NCBI RefSeq assembly: GCF_000012905.2
Contig: NC_007489.1
Coordinates: forward strand, 73,285-105,284
Source: Cereibacter sphaeroides 2.4.1
GTDB lineage: Bacteria; Pseudomonadota; Alphaproteobacteria; Rhodobacterales; Rhodobacteraceae
Direction of reading: 5' to 3'
DNA: 32,000 nucleotides
The notes beneath the pieces are model-generated. The model made no database searches. It was given only the letters and a program-made list of their open reading frames with translations, and was not told the DNA's origin. Within the stretch, counting starts at the first letter, position 1; each line of letters starts with the position of its first letter. This document shows positions 1 to 7,463 of this stretch, piece after piece. The translations under genes were made by a program, and so were the position numbers.

Positions 1-483
1 GCGCTGGCGGCCGATCCGCAGGCGGGGGTGGGCGATCCCGATGCCGCCGTGGCAAGGCTCTACCGCTCGCTCCACAAGGTGAAGCGCTCCTACATCCGGT
101 CCTTCGTGGCTTTGATGGCGGCCGTAGGCGAGGATCTCCCGTTTCCCAAGGCGGTTCCGCGGGACCTCGGGGTGGATGTCGCGCGGAAGCTCGGCGACGG
201 GCTGGAGATTCCGCGGAGCCGTCTCGCGGCTTGTGCCTCTGTGGAGGAGCAGAACGATCTGCTGCGAGGGCTCGTCCAAGGGGCCGCACGCCCGGTGGAT
301 GTCCGGGCTGCGGCGGCGCCGACGGCACGCCAGAAGTACGAGTTCCGGGTGGGCGACACGAAGGTTACCGCCCGGAACGGTGAATTCCGCATCCGTGCCG
401 CCTGCGACTATTCCGGCATCGAGCGTACGGTGCTCGAGAGGGCGGTCCGTGCTTTTCAGGATGCGCTGTCCCGCAAGGAGTGA
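1..483 (+). CDS. 3' part of an ORF entering from the left edge; tentatively the C-terminus of a plasmid partition protein (ParB/RepB-like)
   Basis: Frame 1 is open from base 1 to the TGA at 481-483; the track ORF 28..483 merely starts at an internal GTG. GC3 is high. Two parS-like palindromes follow 10 bp after the stop. No motif I can name with certainty, so the function is inferred from context only. Confidence 0.45.
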   Translation, partial: ALAADPQAGVGDPDAAVARLYRSLHKVKRSYIRSFVALMAAVGEDLPFPKAVPRDLGVDVARKLGDGLEIPRSRLAACASVEEQNDLLRGLVQGAARPVDVRAAAAPTARQKYEFRVGDTKVTARNGEFRIRAACDYSGIERTVLERAVRAFQDALSRKE

Positions 484-492
484 GGCGGCGCA

Positions 493-532
493 GTTACCGG
501 TCGGTAACTGCGGCTGGTTACCGGCCGGTAAC
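493..532. promoter_or_regulatory. Two tandem 16-bp parS-like (centromere-like) palindromes
   Basis: GTTACCGGTCGGTAAC lies at 493-508 and the perfect palindrome GTTACCGGCCGGTAAC at 517-532. The second fits the repABC parS consensus GTTNNCNGCNGNNAAC at all fixed positions. The first deviates only at the centre. Confidence 0.5.
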
Positions 533-891
533 TGTTTCACGCTGTCAGGGCGGAGTCCGGGCAGGCGAAACTCCGATGTGCACCGTGCCATCAGGGGCGG
601 CTGAGGTAACAGATTACGTGCGGCGACCTTGTTGTTGAAATTTCCCAGTGCATGGTTGGCGACCGGAACGCCGACGACCTCCGGCGAGGGCGCCGCGCTT
701 CAACGGCTGACCTCCCGCGGTAGCAGGTCGTAGGCCCAGAGGAACCTCTGGTCGTCGCGCGATGATCGTGGCCAGCGCCTTGATTGCGTGTTGCACCACG
801 CTGTGGAGCGAGGACATGCAGGATGGCCTGCTGTCCAAGGCACGCTTCGGATCGCGAACCCCTTTGCGTAAAGGGTGGGTGTCTGCCATGC

Positions 892-1776
892 CTACCCGAG
901 CATCCCCAGCCTTTCGGCGCGCTCCAGCAGCATTTTCACGGATGACGGCTGCCAGTTGGTCCTCCCACGTGGTGTACGCTCGCGCATAGCTTCCAGCCGG
1001 GCGCAGATGTCCTGCAGCGTGATCTTCGGGTCTGCGCCCTTTATGGCGGCGACTATGGCTGGCAGTCGGTCGTCGGTTTCGCGTCGGCCGGCGCGGGCCA
1101 GCACGGCTGTGGGAAGCAAACCGTCGCGGACATAGGCGTTGACGGCGCGCAGGAGCCGGGTCTGGGTCCAGCGGCGGGCTTGGGGCAGTGGGGCGTTGAT
1201 GATGCGCAGTACGTCTTCCCAGGCCATGTCGGGGCGCAGGCGGCGGACGTGGGGCACCCAGTCCTGCGCTGTCTGGTTCAGGCGCTCCATGTAGCCGTCC
1301 TGTCGCGCGAGGCGGATCTTGCGCAGCGCTGCCGGATCGCGGGCGCGCAGGCCCGGGTTGCCGCCGATCCGGCCTTCGGTGCGGGCGCTGGCGAGGCCTG
1401 CCTTCGTGCGCTCGCGGATCAGGGCACGCTCGAACTCGGCCGTGGCGCCGAGGACCTGGAGGGTGAACTTGCCCTGGGGCGAGGCGGTGTCGATCGGGTC
1501 GGTCAGCGAGCGGAAGAAGGCGCCCTTCGCCTCCAGCCGCTCGATCACTTCCAGCAAATGCGAGAGCGAGCGCGCGAGGCGGTCGATGCGGACGACGACG
1601 AGGGTATCGCCGCGGCCGATGCGCTCGAGCACCCGCGTCAGCACGGGGCGGGCACGGTTTCCGCCGGAGGCCTGTTCCTGGTGGATCTCGCTGCAGCCTG
1701 CGGCCTTGAGGGCCTGGGACTGGGGCAGGGGGGTCTGGTCCTCGGTGGAGACGCGGGCGTAGCCGATGAGGGGCAT
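892..1776 (-). CDS. Serine recombinase (resolvase/invertase family) with a long C-terminal extension
   Basis: The N-terminus MPLIGYARVSTEDQ carries the catalytic Ser motif. VVVRIDRLARS and ERALIRERTKAGL are typical of the resolvase catalytic domain. At 294 aa it is about 110 aa longer than classic resolvases. The overlapping 438-aa ORF (614..1930) is an alternative-frame artefact. Confidence 0.93.
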   Translation of the reverse strand: MPLIGYARVSTEDQTPLPQSQALKAAGCSEIHQEQASGGNRARPVLTRVLERIGRGDTLVVVRIDRLARSLSHLLEVIERLEAKGAFFRSLTDPIDTASPQGKFTLQVLGATAEFERALIRERTKAGLASARTEGRIGGNPGLRARDPAALRKIRLARQDGYMERLNQTAQDWVPHVRRLRPDMAWEDVLRIINAPLPQARRWTQTRLLRAVNAYVRDGLLPTAVLARAGRRETDDRLPAIVAAIKGADPKITLQDICARLEAMRERTPRGRTNWQPSSVKMLLERAERLGMLG

Positions 1777-2488
1777 GGGGGGGGTGGTTTCCAGTTTCGG
1801 ATGCTGCGAGTAAACGACCGTTTATAAACAGATGCAATGGTGCTCGCTTGAGCGCTGCTGAGCAGAAAGCCATTTGTTGACTGACGTTAAGCACGATCAG
1901 AGGGGGTTTCAGACCGTCGCGCATGTGCATAAAACAGAATGCGGAAAGCTGGCTGGAAGAAGTGGTGGGTAAAGCGCATATGCGCTGTATTTTGCGCGTA
2001 AAAGAACTAACTATCTGTTTTTAAATTTATAATTTAGGCCGTCTTTTCTGACGTTGAACAGGCTGAGGGGGTGGCCAAGGTCGATCAGGGATCCTGCGAA
2101 GGCTGAACGAAAGGGAGCCCGGCGATCCAGAGATAGGGCGGCGCGCCCTCGGTCGGTCGCGCAGACAGTCATCCATCACTCATGCGCCTGAAAACTCGCA
2201 CTCTGAGAGGTTTACAGCCAAGGCTCTATTCGCCGTGTGCAACTTGCCCGCTGCGTGTACACATGACAATCAATCCCGTACGAATGCATGGGCGACCGGA
2301 TCGCGTCGGTGTTCTACGCACGAAGGCTATCGGAAATTCTCATGAACATGTCGCACATCCTGCAGCACGACGAACTTGCGCCTTCCCTTCGCAGGAGGGG
2401 TCGCGGGCGGGTCGCAATCAGCAAGCCCGCTTCCTGTCCGCTGGGTCGTGGATCGGCAAGCTTGCAGCCCGACCCGTGCAAGCGCGTG

Positions 2489-3082
2489 ATGCCCCTTTCC
2501 CGCGATCTTCGCGAGAAGACGGGCATGCTCCACAACCGGGCCGAAACGCTCCTCGGCTTGCCAAGCGGCATCATGGGCTGGGCCGATTACGTGGATTGGC
2601 TTCGGCATTTTCTAGCCTTGTACGATCCGATCGAACGTAGGATTGTGGCCTTTGGAGGCTGGAGCGGGTTGGCATCCTTCGACCCTGACCCGGGCCATTC
2701 GCGGCGCCTGATCCAGGATCTGCACGCCCTTGGCATCGACACCGACCGCATCCCGCGAGCACCGGCCGAATACTGCCCGCCGCTCACGAACTTCGCCCGG
2801 GCGCTCGGCGCCCGCTATGTGCTCGAGGGCTCTGCGCTTGGCGGCAGGGTCATCCTGCATCATCTGAAGAAGCGCATCGGCGACGAAATCGGGAATGCGA
2901 CTGCCTTCTTTGGCGGCCCGTCCCACGGGACCGCGACGCACTGGCGTGCCTTCCAGGCTGCGCTGGACCGGTTCGGTGCGGCACATCCCGACAAGAGGGC
3001 GGATGTGCTGGCCGGCGCCGCCGCGACCTTCACGGCGCTCCTCGAATGGTTCACCCCTTTTGTGGCAGCCCGGCGGGTATGA
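2489..3082 (+). CDS. bphO: Heme oxygenase (biliverdin-producing, BphO type)
   Basis: LSRDLREKTGMLHNRAE at the N-terminus and YVLEGSALGG are heme-oxygenase family signatures. It lies directly upstream of a bacteriophytochrome. The ATG at 2489 gives 197 aa, the usual size. The track ORF start at 2288 would add 67 non-conserved residues. Confidence 0.88.
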   Translation: MPLSRDLREKTGMLHNRAETLLGLPSGIMGWADYVDWLRHFLALYDPIERRIVAFGGWSGLASFDPDPGHSRRLIQDLHALGIDTDRIPRAPAEYCPPLTNFARALGARYVLEGSALGGRVILHHLKKRIGDEIGNATAFFGGPSHGTATHWRAFQAALDRFGAAHPDKRADVLAGAAATFTALLEWFTPFVAARRV

Positions 3083-3149
3083 CCGCCCTCCGCCGCCATG
3101 CAGGTCTTTGCCGCACGTTTGCCAGAACTTCGTTGTGCGGGGGTGCCTC

Positions 3150-5945
3150 ATGACGATCTCTGGGGGCACCTTCGACCCTTCGATCTGCGAGATGGAACCG
3201 ATCGCCACGCCCGGCGCGATCCAGCCGCACGGAGCGCTGATGACCGCGCGGGCCGACAGCGGCCGCGTCGCCCATGCCAGCGTCAACTTGGGCGAGATCC
3301 TCGGCCTGCCCGCGGCCTCGGTTCTGGGGGCGCCCATCGGAGAGGTGATCGGGCGCGTCAACGAGATCTTGCTGCGCGAGGCGCGTCGTAGCGGCTCCGA
3401 GACGCCGGAAACAATCGGGTCCTTCCGCAGAAGCGACGGACAGCTGCTGCATCTCCATGCGTTCCAGTCGGGCGACTACATGTGCCTCGACATCGAGCCG
3501 GTGCGCGATGAGGATGGCCGGCTCCCTCCGGGAGCCAGGCAATCGGTTATCGAGACCTTCTCCAGCGCCATGACGCAGGTGGAACTCTGCGAGCTCGCGG
3601 TTCACGGGCTGCAGCTGGTGCTGGGCTATGACCGGGTGATGGCCTATCGCTTCGGCGCTGACGGACATGGCGAGGTTATCGCCGAGCGGCGCCGGCAGGA
3701 TCTCGAGCCTTACCTGGGCTTGCACTACCCGGCATCGGACATTCCGCAAATCGCGCGCGCGCTCTACCTGCGCCAGAGGGTGGGTGCCATTGCGGATGCG
3801 TGCTACCGGCCGGTTCCGTTGCTCGGCCATCCCGAGCTCGACGACGGCAAGCCCCTCGACCTGACGCACAGTTCGCTGCGCAGCGTCTCGCCGATCCATC
3901 TCGACTACATGCAGAACATGCACACGGCGGCCAGCCTGACCATCGGGCTGGCTGACGGCGACAGGCTGTGGGGGATGCTGGTCTGCCACAACACGACCCC
4001 TCGTATTGCCGGCCCCGAGTGGCGGGCGACGGCGGGCATGATCGGGCAAGTGGTCTCGCTGCTCCTGAGCCGGCTGGGCGAGGTCGAGAATGCCGCAGAG
4101 ACACTGGCCCGGCAGTCGACGCTCTCGACGCTGGTCGAACGGCTATCGGCCGGCGATACGCTGGCTGCGGCATTTGTCGCGGCAGATCAGCTGATCCTCG
4201 ATCTGGTCGGAGCCAGTGCCGCGGTCGTGCGGCTGGCTGGACAGGAATTGCACTTCGGGCGGACGCCGCCGGTCGATGCGATGCAGAAGGCCTTGGACAT
4301 TCTGGGGCGCCCCTCGCCGCTGGAGGTGCTGTCCCTCGACGACGTCACCCTGCGCCATCCCGAGCTGCCGGAGCTGCTGGCGGCCGGAAGCGGCATCCTG
4401 CTGCTCCCCCTGACATCCGGGGACGGAGATCTGATCGCCTGGTTCCGCCCCGAGCATGTGCAGACGATCACCTGGGGTGGCAATCCGGCCGAACATGGCA
4501 CCTGGAACCCGGCAACGCAGCGGATGAGACCGCGCGCCTCGTTCGACGCCTGGAAGGAGACGGTCACCGGCCGCTCGCTTCCCTGGACCTCCGCCGAACG
4601 GAGTTGCGCGCGCGAGTTGGGTGAGGCGATCGCCGCCGAGATGGCGCAGCGAACTCGGGCCGAACTCGCGCGACTGCGCCATTACGACCCGCTGACCGGC
4701 CTTGCGAACCGCAGCTACCTTCAGGAGCGCCTGGCGCAGGACGGCCAGCCGGCGGCGGCCTTGCTCTTCATCGACCTTGACCGGTTCAAGGCCGTAAACG
4801 ACTCGATGGGGCACAGCGTGGGCGACGGGCTGCTGATCGAAGTGGCACGCAGCCTCGTGGCAACCGTGCGTCCCCATGATCTGGTGGTTCGGCTCGGCGG
4901 TGACGAGTTTGTTGTGCTCTGTCACCGACTGGACGCGGCCGGAATCGTCAGCCTCGCCGAGCGGCTGCGGCAAGCGCTCGAGCAGCCCTTCGAGGTTGCT
5001 GGCCGCAAATGCCACATCTCCGCCAGCATCGGAATCGCAATGGCGGACAGCATCGGCGATCTGGATCTGGTGCGGGCGGCCGACATCGCGATGTATGCCG
5101 CCAAGAAGAACGGTGGCAATCGGGGCGAGCTGTTCCGCCCCTCGCTGTACGAGGAGACGACGCAGCTCGTCGAACTCGACAACGACATGCGCGGAGCAAT
5201 CGAAAGCGAACAGTTTCACCTCGTGTATCAGCCGATCTTCGCCCTCAGCCCCGAGGCAGAGAGGCTGGTGGGGTTCGAGGCTCTGCTGCGCTGGGACCAT
5301 CCGCACCACGGCGCCCTGCAGCCCGGCATCTTCATCCCGCTTGCGGAAAGACTGGGGCACATCCATGCAATGGGCGACTGGGTCCTGCGCCGCGCGATCC
5401 TGCAGCTGCAGGCCTTCCGATCCGCCGGCCCGGAGCTGGATCTGAAGATGAACGTGAACGTTTCGCCCCGTCAGCTGGCAAAGCCGGACTTCCCGGCGCG
5501 TCTCGCCGACTTGCTGGCGCAGGTGCCCGACCTCCCGCGCCACGCACTTTGCCTCGAGATCACCGAGACGTCCCTGAGCGACGAGGCCGTCTCCGAGGCC
5601 TTGATCTCGATCCGGGCGCTCGGGGTGCGGATCGCCATCGACGATTTCGGCACAGGCTTCTCGTCGTTGGCCTGCCTGCGCCGACTGCCGGTGGATGTTG
5701 CGAAGCTGGACCGGGCCTTTCTCGGCGGCGGTCATACCGCGGCCCAGGACCATAGGTTCTTTGCCGCGGTCACCGGGCTGGTCCATGCGGCGGATCTGAA
5801 GGTGGTGCAGGAGGGCATCGAGACACTCGATCAGCTTGCCCTCGTTCGCGCGGCCGGGGCTGATTTCGCTCAGGGCTTCCACCTCGCCGCCCCACTCTCC
5901 ATCGCCGCCGCCCTCGACCTGATCGCGGCATCACGAGAGGAATGA
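3150..5945 (+). CDS. bphG1: Bacteriophytochrome with c-di-GMP output (PAS-GAF-PHY-GGDEF-EAL), BphG1-type
   Basis: The N-terminal Cys13 (DPSICEMEPIATPGAIQPHGAL) is the biliverdin-attachment context. GAF motifs are present (YRFGADGHGEVIAE, LHYPASDIPQIAR, SVSPIHLDYMQNM). GGDEF is at nt 4896-4910 (RLGGDEFVV), and EAL at nt 5277-5285 (FEALLRW) with DDFGTGFSSL. The ATG at 3150 gives 931 aa; the longer track ORF from 2895 overlaps bphO. Confidence 0.95.
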   Translation: MTISGGTFDPSICEMEPIATPGAIQPHGALMTARADSGRVAHASVNLGEILGLPAASVLGAPIGEVIGRVNEILLREARRSGSETPETIGSFRRSDGQLLHLHAFQSGDYMCLDIEPVRDEDGRLPPGARQSVIETFSSAMTQVELCELAVHGLQLVLGYDRVMAYRFGADGHGEVIAERRRQDLEPYLGLHYPASDIPQIARALYLRQRVGAIADACYRPVPLLGHPELDDGKPLDLTHSSLRSVSPIHLDYMQNMHTAASLTIGLADGDRLWGMLVCHNTTPRIAGPEWRATAGMIGQVVSLLLSRLGEVENAAETLARQSTLSTLVERLSAGDTLAAAFVAADQLILDLVGASAAVVRLAGQELHFGRTPPVDAMQKALDILGRPSPLEVLSLDDVTLRHPELPELLAAGSGILLLPLTSGDGDLIAWFRPEHVQTITWGGNPAEHGTWNPATQRMRPRASFDAWKETVTGRSLPWTSAERSCARELGEAIAAEMAQRTRAELARLRHYDPLTGLANRSYLQERLAQDGQPAAALLFIDLDRFKAVNDSMGHSVGDGLLIEVARSLVATVRPHDLVVRLGGDEFVVLCHRLDAAGIVSLAERLRQALEQPFEVAGRKCHISASIGIAMADSIGDLDLVRAADIAMYAAKKNGGNRGELFRPSLYEETTQLVELDNDMRGAIESEQFHLVYQPIFALSPEAERLVGFEALLRWDHPHHGALQPGIFIPLAERLGHIHAMGDWVLRRAILQLQAFRSAGPELDLKMNVNVSPRQLAKPDFPARLADLLAQVPDLPRHALCLEITETSLSDEAVSEALISIRALGVRIAIDDFGTGFSSLACLRRLPVDVAKLDRAFLGGGHTAAQDHRFFAAVTGLVHAADLKVVQEGIETLDQLALVRAAGADFAQGFHLAAPLSIAAALDLIAASREE

Positions 5946-6181
5946 CGCGGACCGGCGTGGCCTGCCCCATGGGGTGGTCCGGTTTCAATGGTCGTGCATG
6001 GCAGGTCTGGGCGCACGGTTTCAGCAACGCGTCTCAGAGCCTGGAGTTGAAGCTCTCGCAACATCCGTTCTCCCTGGGACGACCAAGTTCGATGAAGGGC
6101 GGTACGGCCGCCGACCGCGGCGATCCAGGTGCGCACCGCAGTCGCGATGAACTCAGGGCCATAGCATGAGCGCGGGAACCC
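5942..6181 (-). pseudogene. Decayed C-terminal fragment of an IS3-family transposase (OrfB)
   Basis: The minus-strand translation gives YGPEFIATAVRTWIAAVGGRTA. After a 1-nt frameshift it gives FIELGRPRENGCCESFNSRL, then an in-frame stop. These match the IS3-family C-terminal block (GPEFI...W....G....IEPG.P.ENG..ESFN..LR). A degenerate RPH..LG.RPP block follows (TTIETGPPHGAGHAGPRH). There is no N-terminal part and no IRs. Confidence 0.7.
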
Positions 6182-6340
6182 GAATGCGGAGACGTGAATA
6201 CGGGGGCCTGAAAATGTCAGCTTGATAAAAACGGCGCTGACTGGAAAGCAGGCTTTGCCAAAGGGGAAGGTTACTGTACCATTATCCTTATGCGGTACCA
6301 AGGATCATCCAAGGAAACCCGCGGTTGGCTTTCCGCATCG

Positions 6341-6523
6341 ATGAGCTTCATGCTCGGGGCCCTTGTCGGGGTGCCGATTGGCATGGTCTGGAGCTGGGTC
6401 GACTACGGCAGCTTCCAGCTTGGGTACATGAGCAATCACGTTCTGGGCTCGGCTTTGCTGGTGGGGCTTCTCGCGCTCGGCATCACGCTGCTGCGTCGCT
6501 GGCTTCACCGCAATCCGATGTGA
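6341..6523 (+). CDS. napK: NapK, small membrane protein of the nap cluster
   Basis: A 60-aa, two-TM hydrophobic peptide (MSFMLGALVGVPIGMVW...LLVGLLALGITLL) sits immediately upstream of napE, the position and size described for R. sphaeroides napK (about 6 kDa). The track ORF starts earlier, at 6290. Confidence 0.7.
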   Translation: MSFMLGALVGVPIGMVWSWVDYGSFQLGYMSNHVLGSALLVGLLALGITLLRRWLHRNPM

Positions 6524-6533
6524 GGAGGGGCGC

Positions 6534-6716
6534 ATGGCCGACGAGCCCGCAGGAAACGTGCAGACCGCCCGCGCCGGGCGCCGCCACGAATTGATCGTCT
6601 TCTTCTTCCTGGCGGCCGTGATCTGGCCGTTCCTCTCGGTGGCCTTCGTGGGCGGCTACGGGTTCCTGATCTGGATGTGGCAGATCGTCTTCGGCCCTCC
6701 CGGACCGCCGGTCTGA
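6534..6716 (+). CDS. napE: NapE, small membrane protein
   Basis: A 60-aa protein with a single TM segment and the conserved VGGYGFLIWMWQ motif, positioned before napF. Confidence 0.88.
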   Translation: MADEPAGNVQTARAGRRHELIVFFFLAAVIWPFLSVAFVGGYGFLIWMWQIVFGPPGPPV

Positions 6717-6721
6717 CAGCC

Positions 6722-7204
6722 GTGTCCGTATCCCGCCGCGATCTTCTCGCCGTCCGCCTGACGGATCGCCCCGCCCCCATCCGGCCGCCCTGGACGCGCG
6801 AGGCCGACATGGCCCGCTGCACGGGCTGCGCAGCCTGTGCCGAGGCCTGTCCGGCAGGGATCGTGCGGATGGAGGCAGGCCTTCCCCAGATCGCCTTTGC
6901 CGGCACCGAATGCAGCTTTTGCGGTGCTTGCGCCGAGGCCTGTCCCGCGCCCGTGTTCGACATCGCCCGGCCGGCCTTCGCCCATCTGGCCGCGGTGACG
7001 GAGGGCTGCCTCGCGCAGGATGGCGTGGCCTGCATGGCCTGCGCCGACATCTGCCCCGAGGCGGCGATCCGCCTCCGCCCCCGGATCGGCGGGCCCGCTC
7101 TGCCGGAGTTGTCGCCGAGCCTCTGCACCGGCTGCGGCGCCTGCCTCTCGGTCTGCCCGGCCGAGGCGCTGACGATCCATCTCCGGGAGCCCGCCCATGC
7201 GTGA
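6722..7204 (+). CDS. napF: NapF, ferredoxin-type iron-sulfur protein
   Basis: Four Cys clusters are present: CTGCAACAEACP, CSFCGACAEACP, CMACADICP and CTGCGACLSVCP. The N-terminal SRRDLL motif follows the GTG at 6722, 5 nt after the napE stop. An alternative start at 6677 would overlap napE. Confidence 0.9.
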   Translation: MSVSRRDLLAVRLTDRPAPIRPPWTREADMARCTGCAACAEACPAGIVRMEAGLPQIAFAGTECSFCGACAEACPAPVFDIARPAFAHLAAVTEGCLAQDGVACMACADICPEAAIRLRPRIGGPALPELSPSLCTGCGACLSVCPAEALTIHLREPAHA

Positions 7205-7463
7205 GCCCGAGGCCCATATCTCGAGCGCCATCCTGCGCGTGAGGCCCGGCGAGGAGGCCGCTGTCGTCCGGCGCGTAATGGCCGTGCCCGGGTGTGAAGT
7301 TGCCGCGGCGGGCGAGGGACGCCTCGTCGTCCTGATCGAGACCGAGAGCCGGGGCGCCACGGGCGCCGCCCTGACCGAACTGACGCTCCTCGAGGGCGTC
7401 CATTCCGCCTGCATGGTCTACGAGCAGGTGGAGGCCCTGAAGACTCTGGGAGAAAAGGCATGA
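7197..7463 (+). CDS. napD: NapD, NapA maturation chaperone
   Basis: An 88-aa protein with [11 protein letters not shown] at the N-terminus, typical of NapD. It overlaps the napF stop and shares an ATGA junction with napA. Confidence 0.9.
   Translation: MREPEAHISSAILRVRPGEEAAVVRRVMAVPGCEVAAAGEGRLVVLIETESRGATGAALTELTLLEGVHSACMVYEQVEALKTLGEKA

Noticed and set aside
614-1930. 438-aa minus-strand ORF overlapping the serine recombinase in another frame
   Set aside because: Arg/Pro-rich low-complexity translation typical of an out-of-frame read through a high-GC gene. The 294-aa frame carries all resolvase motifs.
2288-2488. N-terminal extension of bphO (track start 2288) and of bphG1 (track start 2895)
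   Set aside because: The extensions are Arg/Pro-rich and non-conserved-looking, and for bphG1 would overlap bphO. Internal ATGs at 2489 and 3150 give canonical N-termini (LS..LRE.T..H for the heme oxygenase; a Cys-containing PAS N-terminus for the phytochrome).
4143-5882. 579-aa ORF antisense to the GGDEF-EAL part of the phytochrome, plus other antisense or alternative-frame ORFs within 2288-5945
   Set aside because: No motifs, and biased Arg/Gly/Ala/Pro composition. These are explained by the absence of stop codons in GC-rich antisense frames.
6215-6235. Possible FNR/Crp-type box upstream of napK (TTGATAAAAACGGC)
   Set aside because: Only one TTGAT half-site is present and the second half does not resemble ATCAA. 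I cannot support a full site.
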